Below are positions 10,573-20,358 of a stretch of DNA of 64,000 nt, piece after piece. A model generated the notes under the pieces. The model worked only from the letters and a program-made list of their open reading frames with translations, searched no databases and was not told the origin of the DNA. The translations under genes and the position numbers were made by a program. How positions within the stretch are numbered: the first letter of the stretch is position 1; every line of letters begins with the position of its first letter. Origin of the DNA: a virus (taxonomy: Duplodnaviria > Caudoviricetes); IMG/VR virus record IMGVR_UViG_3300042970_000025; one strand, given 5' to 3'.

Positions 10573-11106
10573 ATGAGTAATTTATCAAGAATGCAGGGAT
10601 CACCCTGGCACGTAGAACGTATGGAACGAGGTGACGGTGACGAGAGGAGGCACCGCAGCAGGTGCATTTATTTTCATAAGAGAGGAAAGCATTGCATTTA
10701 TTATAATGGCCAATGCTATGGATCAGCGCATTGCAATTATTACAAGGAAGGAAATCATAAAAATAAAGAATTCGCAGATTCACTTCGAAAGAAAACTGAG
10801 AAAGTACATAATAACAATTGGCCAGGATCAGGAACAACAAATTATGAGATGGTCGGAGTATATACGGAAACGGCCAGAAATCCAATTGTCACAAAGAATA
10901 GCAAGGTTACGCTGCGGACAGGGGAGCAAGAAGAATTTACTATCATTATTGTTGAGGACGGTCGGGGCGATCCGTTCTCTAATCCGATGAAAGTTTCTGA
11001 ATCCGCTGCACTGGGCAGGGCGTTAATGAGACATAAAGAAGGTGACACTGTTCAAGTAATAATGAATGACGAAGTCGTAAAATACAAGATAGTAAGTATA
11101 GGATAA
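10573..11106 (+). CDS. Cys/His-rich N-terminal domain fused to a GreA/GreB C-terminal domain
   Basis: C-terminal KVSESAALGRALMRHKEGDTVQV..YKIVSI matches the Gre C-domain; N-terminal RCIYFHKRGKHCIYYNGQCYGSAHC. Confidence 0.65.
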   Translation: MSNLSRMQGSPWHVERMERGDGDERRHRSRCIYFHKRGKHCIYYNGQCYGSAHCNYYKEGNHKNKEFADSLRKKTEKVHNNNWPGSGTTNYEMVGVYTETARNPIVTKNSKVTLRTGEQEEFTIIIVEDGRGDPFSNPMKVSESAALGRALMRHKEGDTVQVIMNDEVVKYKIVSIG

Positions 11107-11171
11107 ACTTATTAACGATTAACCATACCTTTTAACGTTTACCACACCATTTAACGATTACAGATAGGAGG

Positions 11172-13898
11172 GTGTGCACTGTGACAAGATCAACTACAGT
11201 TCAAAACGGTGCATATCCTCTATATGCAAATCGCGGAGCGTCTGATGGCGGAGCTGAAGGGCCGGAAAGCCGTTATTTCAAGACATTCAGTGGTATTGTG
11301 CTGAGCGAGGCAATGAAGAGGCATGGTATCAAATTCGACGTCTTTATAGATCCATGTATGGGTTCAGCACACTTCGGGGTCTACGCTTTTGACGTGCTCA
11401 TGAAAATTTACACGGAATACGGCTATACAGAGCGAGAAGCAGCTGCCTCCATTGTGCAGAATAATTTGTTTGGACTCGATATTGATGAGCGTGCTGCACA
11501 GCTTGCCAGCTTTGCCATTATGATGAAGGCTATGCAGTATGACAAGCGGTTCCTGAAGCGTGACATTCAGCCGCATTTTTACGAGATAAAGGAAAGTAAT
11601 CATGTTAATTCCTTTACCATTGATTCCTTTACCAATGGGAACGACAAGCTCAAGAAGGATATCCAGTCGATTATCGAGGAAACACGGGATGCCAAGGAAT
11701 ACGGCTCTATCATTCAGATAAAGCCTGTAGATTTTGGCGCACTTTTTGCGCGATTTGAAGAGATCGAAGGAGATGTCAATCTCTATAAAGATATGGCATT
11801 GGATACACTTCTGCCGCTTGTACGAGAAGCAAAGATTCTGTCCGACAAATATGCAGTGGTAGCTACGAATCCGCCGTACCTCAATAAGTTTGACGCGAAG
11901 CTGAAGAAGTATATCGTGGACAACTACGCCGATTACAAGGGTGACCTGTTCAGTGTGTTCGTTTACAGAAATTTTGGATTCTGCGAGGAGAATGGATATT
12001 CCGGATTCATGACGCCTATGGTCTGGATGTTCATAAAGACATATGAGCCTTTACGGAATTATGTGCTGAAGAATAAAGCAATCACAACGCTGATCCAGTT
12101 TGAATACTCAGCGTTTGAGGAAGCGACAGTGCCTATCTGCTCGTTTGTGCTGAAGAATGGAAAAACTGAGAGCAAGGGAGAGTATTTCCGCCTGTTCGAT
12201 TTTACGGGCGGCATGGAAGTACAGCGTAAAAAGGTAAAGGAAGCATTAGCAAATCCGGATTGCGGCTACTTCTACGAATCCACCCAGTCCAACTTCTCCA
12301 AAATTCCCGGCAGCCCGGTGGCGTATTGGGCGAGTGAACAAATGTTGAAGGATTTTGAAATAGGAACGCCTTTAGAAAAAATCGCCTATCCTCGACAAGG
12401 CATGGCAACAACAAATAACAATAAGTTCTTGAGATTATGGTTTGAGCTCATAGCGGGAAATATAGGATTTAATCTTCATGATGAACGCGACACCTATGAT
12501 GGATTTAAGTGGTTTCCTTATAACAAAGGCGGAGACTTTAGAAAATGGTATGGTAACAACGACTATGTAGTCAATTTCAAAAATGGCGGAAGGGAAGTCT
12601 GCGATTATATAGATGCGCATTCAGCTGTTAATCATACTGGACGAGTTATTAATAGAGATAGGTACTTTAAGCCAAGTGTCACATGGTCAAAAATATCAAG
12701 TGGCAATATTGCATTTAGGTATAAGCCGAATGGCTTCATATTTGACGTCGCAGGCACATCAATTTTTGGAAATGATAAAACTCTAAAATGGATAGAAGGT
12801 TTTTTGAATTCAAACACTACGCGTAGAATATTATCTATGTTATCACCAACATTAAATTTTGAAGTTGGTCATATATGTTCAATACCGGTGATAGAAACTT
12901 ACGATGATAAAACTATAGATCTTGTAAATGAAAATATACATTTAAGCCAATTTGACTGGGACTCCTTCGAAACCTCCTGGGACTTTCAGCGACATCCACT
13001 TATCCGCAGCACAACGACGATCAAAGAAGCTTTCTCTCAGTGGCAGCAGGAATGCGACGAGCGTTTCAATCAGCTGAAAAGTAACGAGGAAGAACTGAAC
13101 CGTATCTTCATCGACATCTACGGCTTGCAGGATGAATTGACACCGGAGGAAGAGGAAAAGGATGTGACTGTCCGCAAAGCTGACCTCGAACGGGACATCC
13201 GTTCGTTTGTCTCCTATGCTGTTGGCTGTATGTTTGGTAGGTATTCTCTTGATGTAGACGGTCTCGCCTATGCGGGCGGCGATTGGGACAGCTCGAAATA
13301 CAAAACATTCATTCCAGATAAGGATGCCATTATCCCGATTACTGATGACGAATATTTCACAGATGATATTGTCGGTTGCTTCGTGGAATTTGTGAAGGAT
13401 GTTTATGGCGCTGACACGCTGGAAGAAAATCTGAAGTTCATTGCGGATGCGTTGGGTGAGAAAGGCGCTACATCACGGGAGGTCATTCGGAATTATTTCA
13501 TAAAGGATTTTTACAAGGATCACTGCAAGACCTACCAGAAACGTCCGATTTACTGGCTCTTCGATTCCGGCAAGAAGAACGGATTCAGGTGTCTAATATA
13601 CATGCACCGCTATCAGCCGGATACTATCGCCCGCATTCGAACTGACTATGTACATGAACAGCAGGCGCGCTATCGCACGGCAATTTCCGGTCTTGAGCGC
13701 CAGATTAACGGTGCTTCGACATCAGAGCGGATTCGTCTGAATAAGCAGCTCAAAAAGCTTCGTGATCAGGCGGAGGAAACTCGTCTATACGAGGAAAAGA
13801 TACACCATCTTGCGGATCAGATGATCTCGATTGATTTGGATGATGGCGTGAAGCACAACTACGCAATATTCCAGGATGTTCTGGCGAAGATTAAGTAA
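11172..13898 (+). pseudogene. pglX: BREX adenine methyltransferase PglX, apparently 5'-truncated
   Basis: IDPCMGSAHF, TNPPY, KRPIYWLFDSGK, IDLDDGVKHNY; recognisable homology starts only near 11345 and the usual N-terminal part is missing. Confidence 0.8.
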
Positions 13899-13912
13899 AG
13901 GAGGCTCTGCTT

Positions 13913-16522
13913 ATGGCTTTGCCTGATTCAGATAAAGTAATACAGGAATTAAACCGCCGGTTCGCCGCGCCGCTTCCGGAGTTCTATCAGCGCCGGATCA
14001 TTTTCTGGTACGACGAGGATCGGGATTTTGAGGAAAAGGTTCAGAACGGAGAAATCGAACTGGCGGACTCAAAGCTCATCGAGCTGAATGAGACAAATAA
14101 TTTTGAAGTAAAGAAGCTTTTGACGCATGACGACAGGACGAGCAATTTCTGTGTCTATTGCCCGGTCACATATCCAGATGAAAAGAACTGGCTTCTGCCG
14201 GTTCAGCTTTACAGCGAGGAATTCCGTGCGGATCTTGTTTCCATCTGGCTTGAGGAGATGGGCATAGAGAACACGGCGAACCTGCGTAAGACGGTGAAGG
14301 ACTATCGTCCGTTTTTCAAGACGAAGGCTCACCGAACGAAGGTGGCAAATCTCAATCAGAAGATTACTGCGCCTGTACATCTTCATAAGGCTGTGATTGC
14401 GGTTCTCTGCGGTGTGAAAGATACCGGCCCGAATCTTTTGATCCGGACAGTGCTCCGTGCTGGAACCAATCAGGAACAGAATGGCATCTATCAGTCGCTC
14501 GTGAAGTATGGAGCGGACTCTGTCTTCTGGCAGATGGTCGCACAGGTGACCGGATATCGGGAAGAAACGCCAGATCTCGGCATGCTTTCATGTCATATTC
14601 TGATGACAGCCGCTACGCGTACTATGCGCATGGATAATCTGGTCGGACTGGATAGCTTCATTTCCATTCCGCACCAGAGCTATTGCTATGACTTTATGTC
14701 GGAGTGGATGCATTCGGATGAGGTGCAGGAACTTTACGGCATCGCGAGAGAAACAGAGGACGAGCTGCGTCTTCCGGCAAGATTCAGCCAGCTTCCGATT
14801 GAAGAACTGGTCGGAACCGAGATCTTCCCGTGCATCGACGAATGCATCTTGAAAAAGCTGATGACAGATATCATCGACCATACGATCAACGTAGATGTCA
14901 TCGAGCAGACTGTGGGACAACGAAGGACGATGCTCTGGTATGAGCGGGTCCAGAATTTCTACGAGGGTGTTCTGGAAGTTGCGCATATGCAGCAGTTCTA
15001 TCTGGATCATGCAGCAGGGTTCCATACGGTGGAGCCGCACAAGGCCTGGAAGGAATACACGACGGATTATTACAAGATGGACACTTATTACAGACTGTTC
15101 CATGTTGCATTCGGAGAATCTTTGAATTCATCGAATCCGCTGCTTGATGATCTGTTCAAGCATGTGGCGGACAATGTGGAAGGGCTGTACGCAAACTGGT
15201 ACTTGGACAATCTCGGCTCCAACTGGGCGAATGCGGCAGCAGATAACCTGAAGGAATACGGCAGGATTCTGGAAGTTCCGCAGCAGCGGGATTTCTATAG
15301 AACCTATGTACAGAATGCAGACACGCGTGTCTTCGTGATCATCTCTGATGCAATGCGCTATGAGGTGGCCGCTACACTTTCAGAGGAATTGCGCCGGGAA
15401 ACGCAGGCGGAAGTGAAGCTTTCATCCTGTGAAGGAATCTTCCCGACCGTGACGAAGTTTGGCATGACTGCGCTTTTGCCGCACAAGGAACTAAAGGCAG
15501 AATTGAAGTCAAACGGCGTCGTGGGTGTTCTGGCGGATGGTCAGCCGACGGATGCGCAGTACCGGGATGGAATCCTTAAAAAAGCAAATCCGGCAAGTGT
15601 GGCACTTAAGTACAAGTATCTCATTAAGATGAAACACGCCGAACGCAGTGCGTTGGTGAAGGGTATGGAGGTCGTGTATATCTATCACGATAAGATCGAT
15701 GAGACGAGTCATACCGATGAAGCACTTGTTTTCGATTCCTGTAGTGACGCGATTTCCGAGCTCAAGAACATGGTGCGGATCATCGTGAATGAGTTCAGCG
15801 GGACGAGAATATACATCACTTCTGACCACGGATTTATCTATACCTATAAGCCGCTGACAGAGGATGCAAAGGTAGATAAGACGCCATCCTCAGCCGATGA
15901 TATAGAAGTCGATCGCCGCTATCTCATCACGAAGAAGGGCGCGAAGCCGGAATATCTGCTTCCGGTGAAGTTCCTCGATGGCACGCAGTATGACGCTTTT
16001 GTGCCGATCGGGAATACGCGGATCAAGAAGAAAGGCGGCGGTCTGAATTTCGTGCATGGAGGCATCAGCCTGCAGGAGATGGTTGTGCCGGTGATCGATT
16101 ACCATTACATGCGTACGGACAGCGCCGGGTATCAGAAAAATAAGAAAAAGTATGATACCAAGCCTGTAACGCTGAGCCTTCTCTCCGCAAGCCGCAAGAT
16201 CAGCAATATGATCTTCTCTTTGAATTTCTATCAGAGGGAAGCTGTCGGTGATAACCGGGAAGCTGCAAATTACCTTCTGTACTTTGTCGATTCAGAAGGA
16301 AAACAGGTCAGCGATACGCAGCGGGTGATTGCGGATAAGACGAGCAGCAATAATCAGGACAGGACGTTCCGCGTGAGCTTCAACCTGAAATCAATGAAAT
16401 ACAGTAATAAAGAAAGCTATTATCTGGTAATTGCAGACGAAAGCGGTCTGCAGCTGCCACAGCGTGAAGAATTCTCCATAGACATTGCCTTTGCTGTGGA
16501 TGACTTCGATTTCTTCAGTTAA
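13913..16522 (+). CDS. pglZ: BREX phosphatase PglZ (type A)
   Basis: RRIIFWYD, VIISDAMRYE, ITSDHGF, FVHGGISLQEMVVP. Confidence 0.93.
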   Translation: MALPDSDKVIQELNRRFAAPLPEFYQRRIIFWYDEDRDFEEKVQNGEIELADSKLIELNETNNFEVKKLLTHDDRTSNFCVYCPVTYPDEKNWLLPVQLYSEEFRADLVSIWLEEMGIENTANLRKTVKDYRPFFKTKAHRTKVANLNQKITAPVHLHKAVIAVLCGVKDTGPNLLIRTVLRAGTNQEQNGIYQSLVKYGADSVFWQMVAQVTGYREETPDLGMLSCHILMTAATRTMRMDNLVGLDSFISIPHQSYCYDFMSEWMHSDEVQELYGIARETEDELRLPARFSQLPIEELVGTEIFPCIDECILKKLMTDIIDHTINVDVIEQTVGQRRTMLWYERVQNFYEGVLEVAHMQQFYLDHAAGFHTVEPHKAWKEYTTDYYKMDTYYRLFHVAFGESLNSSNPLLDDLFKHVADNVEGLYANWYLDNLGSNWANAAADNLKEYGRILEVPQQRDFYRTYVQNADTRVFVIISDAMRYEVAATLSEELRRETQAEVKLSSCEGIFPTVTKFGMTALLPHKELKAELKSNGVVGVLADGQPTDAQYRDGILKKANPASVALKYKYLIKMKHAERSALVKGMEVVYIYHDKIDETSHTDEALVFDSCSDAISELKNMVRIIVNEFSGTRIYITSDHGFIYTYKPLTEDAKVDKTPSSADDIEVDRRYLITKKGAKPEYLLPVKFLDGTQYDAFVPIGNTRIKKKGGGLNFVHGGISLQEMVVPVIDYHYMRTDSAGYQKNKKKYDTKPVTLSLLSASRKISNMIFSLNFYQREAVGDNREAANYLLYFVDSEGKQVSDTQRVIADKTSSNNQDRTFRVSFNLKSMKYSNKESYYLVIADESGLQLPQREEFSIDIAFAVDDFDFFS

Positions 16523-16527
16523 AGGAT

Positions 16528-18657
16528 GTGATACGAATGGATGATATTTCTACCGGGGAAAAGAGTGCCCGTGAAATCATAAAAGAAAAGCTCCGTCAGA
16601 ATTTTGATGGGAAGATCGTGCGGAAGGATCTGACTAAGAAGATCAAGGAAGGCGCGAATGTGCCGGTCTATGTTCTGGAGTTCCTGCTCGGCCAGTACTG
16701 CAGTTCCGATGACGAGGAAGTCATCGAACAGGGCATTGAGAATGTGAAGCGGATTCTGGCGGACAACTTTGTCCGTCCGGATGAAGCCCAGAAGGTTTTG
16801 TCGAAGCTTCGCCAGAGGGGGAGCCACACCATTATTGATATGGTGACAGTGAATCTCAATCTCCATTATGACGAGTACGAGGCGAGCTTTTCTAATCTCG
16901 GCCTTGCCGGGATTCCAATCAGTGAGGAATATCCGGAGAAGTATGACCGCCTGCTCTGCGGAGGTATCTGGTGCATTGTTCAGCTTGAGTATAACTCCGG
17001 CGAAGACGCAGTGCCAGATATTATTTCTCTTTCTGGCGACCGGATTCAATCGAAGCGGAAAAAGCAGAAAGATCTGACACCGATCAGCATCCGCAAGCTG
17101 ACGCCGATCCAGTTGCCAAACGTGGATATGGAGGGCCTGAAAGAAGGCCGGAAAGACTTCACAAAAGATGAATGGCTCGATATTTTAATGCGCTCCATTG
17201 GAATGGAGCCGGATGAACTGACCTACAGAGAGAAATGGTTGCTTCTCACCCGGATGATCCCGCTGGTCGAGAATAACTTCAATCTCTGCGAGCTGGGTCC
17301 ACGTTCGACCGGAAAGTCGTATCTGTATAAAGAAGTGTCGCCGAACAGTATTCTTGTATCCGGTGGGCAGACGACGGTCGCAAACCTCTTCTATAACATG
17401 GGCCGGAAGACCATCGGACTTGTCGGACTATGGGACTGCGTGGCTTTTGATGAAGTCGCTGGAATCAAGTTCAAAGATAACGACGGCATTCAGATTATGA
17501 AGGACTACATGGCTTCCGGTTCCTTTGCCCGCGGAAAGGAAGAAAAGGCTGCTTCTGCGTCAATGGTTTTCGTTGGCAATATCAATCAGAGTGTCGATGT
17601 GCTTCTGAAGACATCCAGCCTCTTTGATCCGTTTCCGCCGGAAATGGGTACGGATACAGCATTCCTGGATCGTATTCACTGCTATCTGCCGGGATGGGAA
17701 GTGCCGAAGTTCCGCCCTGAACATTTTACAGATGACTATGGATTCATCACGGATTATCTGGCCGGATGGATTCGCGAGATGCGGAAAGAGCAGCTGGGTG
17801 ACGCGCTGGATCATTATTTCCATCTCGGCAAGAACTTGAACCAGCGTGATGTCATAGCGGTCCGCAGGATGGTGGATGGTTATTTGAAACTCATGTATCC
17901 AAACGGCGAATTCACAAAGGACGACATAGAGGAAGTCCTGAAGATTTCTCTCGAAATGCGCCGCCGCGTTAAAGAGCAACTCAAGAAGCTCGGTGGCATG
18001 GAATTCTATGATGTGAACTTCAGCTATATCGACAACGAGGCCTTTGAAGAAAAGTATGTATCCGTCCCAGAGCAAGGCGGCGGAAAGTTGATCCCGGAAG
18101 GAATCTGCAATCCAGGTCAGGTCTATACCGTGTCCCGTGGTAAGAGCGGCATGCTCGGTGTATTCCGTCTGGAATCGCAGATGTTGCCGGGAACTGGAAA
18201 GCTCGTATGCACCGGCCTTGGAAGCGATCGTGGTGCAAAGGAAGCAACAAATACTGCATTCAATTTCCTGAAGGCGAATGCAAAGCGGATCAGCGGTTCC
18301 ATCAGCATGACGTCGAAGGATTACAACATCGATTATCAGGATTTGCAGGGCATCGGAATCACAGACAAGCTGGCTCTGCCGACGGTCATCTCTATCTGTT
18401 CGATTGCGCTGAACCGACCGACGCAGAGTTCTCTGGCCGTCCTGGGAGAGATCAGCATCGCCGGTTCCATGATAAAAGTTGATGAGCTAGCAAATACGCT
18501 CCAGGTATGCCTTGACAGCGGAGCTAAGAAGATTTTGCTTCCGATCACATCGGCAGCAGACATGGGAACTGTACCACCGGAACTGATGGGAAGCTTTCAC
18601 ATTATTTTTTATCAGAGCGCGGAGGACGCGGTGTTCAAGGCGCTGGGAGTGGAATAA
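16528..18657 (+). CDS. brxL: BREX Lon-like protein BrxL
   Basis: NVPVYVLEFLLGQY, ELGPRSTGKS, VAFDEVAG, C-terminal Lon-like domain. Confidence 0.93.
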   Translation: MIRMDDISTGEKSAREIIKEKLRQNFDGKIVRKDLTKKIKEGANVPVYVLEFLLGQYCSSDDEEVIEQGIENVKRILADNFVRPDEAQKVLSKLRQRGSHTIIDMVTVNLNLHYDEYEASFSNLGLAGIPISEEYPEKYDRLLCGGIWCIVQLEYNSGEDAVPDIISLSGDRIQSKRKKQKDLTPISIRKLTPIQLPNVDMEGLKEGRKDFTKDEWLDILMRSIGMEPDELTYREKWLLLTRMIPLVENNFNLCELGPRSTGKSYLYKEVSPNSILVSGGQTTVANLFYNMGRKTIGLVGLWDCVAFDEVAGIKFKDNDGIQIMKDYMASGSFARGKEEKAASASMVFVGNINQSVDVLLKTSSLFDPFPPEMGTDTAFLDRIHCYLPGWEVPKFRPEHFTDDYGFITDYLAGWIREMRKEQLGDALDHYFHLGKNLNQRDVIAVRRMVDGYLKLMYPNGEFTKDDIEEVLKISLEMRRRVKEQLKKLGGMEFYDVNFSYIDNEAFEEKYVSVPEQGGGKLIPEGICNPGQVYTVSRGKSGMLGVFRLESQMLPGTGKLVCTGLGSDRGAKEATNTAFNFLKANAKRISGSISMTSKDYNIDYQDLQGIGITDKLALPTVISICSIALNRPTQSSLAVLGEISIAGSMIKVDELANTLQVCLDSGAKKILLPITSAADMGTVPPELMGSFHIIFYQSAEDAVFKALGVE

Positions 18658-18678
18658 GCATTTTTATTGAGGTATCGT

Positions 18679-19467
18679 ATGAACGAAAGAATTGAGGAAT
18701 CATTTGAACTGTTGTCCCAACAAGAATGGGATGATTTCTTAGCTGTAAATTATTTTGATAACATGATAATAGACGGCAGTAAATTTGGTGTTGGCAGTAT
18801 AGGCAAGCCAAAGTTACCAGAAATAATTCAACAGCATAACAATAAAATTGGCGATTGCAAAATCACATACTGTTTTTGTAGACACTACTACGATAGAGGG
18901 ATACCGGATGATCCTTGGTATAGTTCTCCAGGAGAAAACGGAGAATCAATACAATATTTTCCCTATTTTAAAAAAGAACATTGGATGAGAAAATATTGGT
19001 TCGCGTATTTTTCCGATACGTATTATTTAAAGATGTCCGCTGTGTGGGATTCAATTGTTGAGCTTTTGAATTATTACTATGGATTAGAGTATAGATCTGA
19101 TTACCGGCTAAAAAGTAATGTCTTGGAGTGGTTGAAAGACAATCAGAAAAATTTATATGATGAATTGGATGCCTTGTGGAAAGATAAGATATTCCAAGAT
19201 GCCAATAAATATAGAACGGCAGCAGCTCATGGAATTTCAGAGAATGAAATCCATAATACTATTTCAGAAGAAAAAAATGTGACGGCTACATTCCCGAAAT
19301 TAGATGAAAAAGGGAATGTTGTTTTTAAAGAAGTGAAAGGGGAAAGAATCTCTGCTACAGCAGGTGAATATACGAATGTAAAAACAATTATGGACAATAT
19401 GCAAGATTATGCAGTTTTATCAGGAAATGAAATACAAAAGATTATTTCTATTATTCTTGCTAAGTAA
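18679..19467 (+). CDS. HEPN-domain protein (Cthe_2314-like)
   Basis: RxxxxH motif KYRTAAAH; AT-rich; follows brxL; ATG at 18679 after GAGGT. Confidence 0.65.
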   Translation: MNERIEESFELLSQQEWDDFLAVNYFDNMIIDGSKFGVGSIGKPKLPEIIQQHNNKIGDCKITYCFCRHYYDRGIPDDPWYSSPGENGESIQYFPYFKKEHWMRKYWFAYFSDTYYLKMSAVWDSIVELLNYYYGLEYRSDYRLKSNVLEWLKDNQKNLYDELDALWKDKIFQDANKYRTAAAHGISENEIHNTISEEKNVTATFPKLDEKGNVVFKEVKGERISATAGEYTNVKTIMDNMQDYAVLSGNEIQKIISIILAK

Positions 19468-19975
19468 TAAACAGAAGGTTATTCGAAAATGTAAGGCTTT
19501 ACTACTGGTATAGACAGAGTGTACAAGAACCTTTCAACGATAGCCATACTTTTTAACGATAGCAGATGGGGGTGTCGCTTTTGACCACAGCAAGCACAGC
19601 AGTATATAACTTCAGGGGCAGAACCGCGTTCCCGCACTCTGCCCGGAAGTCGAGAAAAGCCCAGAAACAGCGCAGTTTCCGGGCTAAAAGTACATACGGG
19701 TACGGGCATTGTATCAAAGATGAGGTCTTGATCGAGCGATAAAATGTCTGAGGTTATTTTATGATTGCAAAAAAACTATAGGGCCGAGACGTCATCTCCC
19801 ATCAATCAAGTGCGCCTATATAGGGTGGAGACGTCTCGGGATCTGTGATAGATTAACTTTGATTACAAGCGAAACTCCGGCTCTTTGACCACTTCCCGAA
19901 GTCGAAGCAACGTGTACAAAAGCACCTATTTTTGCCTTGACCGTTTCCCTTTGACGGGAGGAAAATGGCGATATT

Positions 19976-20032
19976 TATACGCTAAGCTCGTCGCATGTTG
20001 AGTGCATAGCATTGATGTCACGAGTAAAGTAA
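19976..20032 (+). other. Candidate att junction: isolated 3' end of rlmD/rumA (19991-20032, SHVECIALMSRVK*)
   Basis: Translation matches the RlmD/TrmA C-terminal HVE motif with no upstream gene; imperfect inverted repeat tatacgctaagc / gttgagtgcata. Confidence 0.75.
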
Positions 20033-20287
20033 CAAAGGCCAGGAATGGCTTGAAATCAAAGGCTCCCGCCATTGTGCACATGTGGCATGGTGGCGGGAAT
20101 TTCTGTAAACATCTGAAACAAAATATAAGCGGAGTATTGTTATAGTAAAATAATAACAACACTAATCCGTACATAGTAAATGAAGATGACGTCGGGTCGT
20201 GTGTTTATGATGAATGTCAGGCGGGTCGGGTTCTGTGACTGGATGTAGTGCTCAGGATGGATGTGAAAAGAAAATCAGAATATTGCA

Positions 20288-20316
20288 TTGACGTCTATAC
20301 ATAATAAGATTATACT
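20288..20316 (+). promoter_or_regulatory. SigA promoter TTGACG-N17-TATACT
   Basis: Near-consensus hexamers upstream of the Ig-like gene. Confidence 0.75.
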
Positions 20317-20358
20317 AAATACATCATTCTAATGCATTGTTTGAATAGGAGGGAAGTT

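Larger units (their letters stand above)
1..19990. mobile_element. Distal end of integrated element A (regulatory module + defence cargo), continuing left of the window
   Basis: Shares the terminal module with prophage B; ends at the rlmD-like att remnant. Confidence 0.65.

Noticed and set aside
19941-19960. ccctttgacgggagg as a fourth phage-sigma motif
   Set aside because: Lacks the GTACGGA element and the TGTA tail
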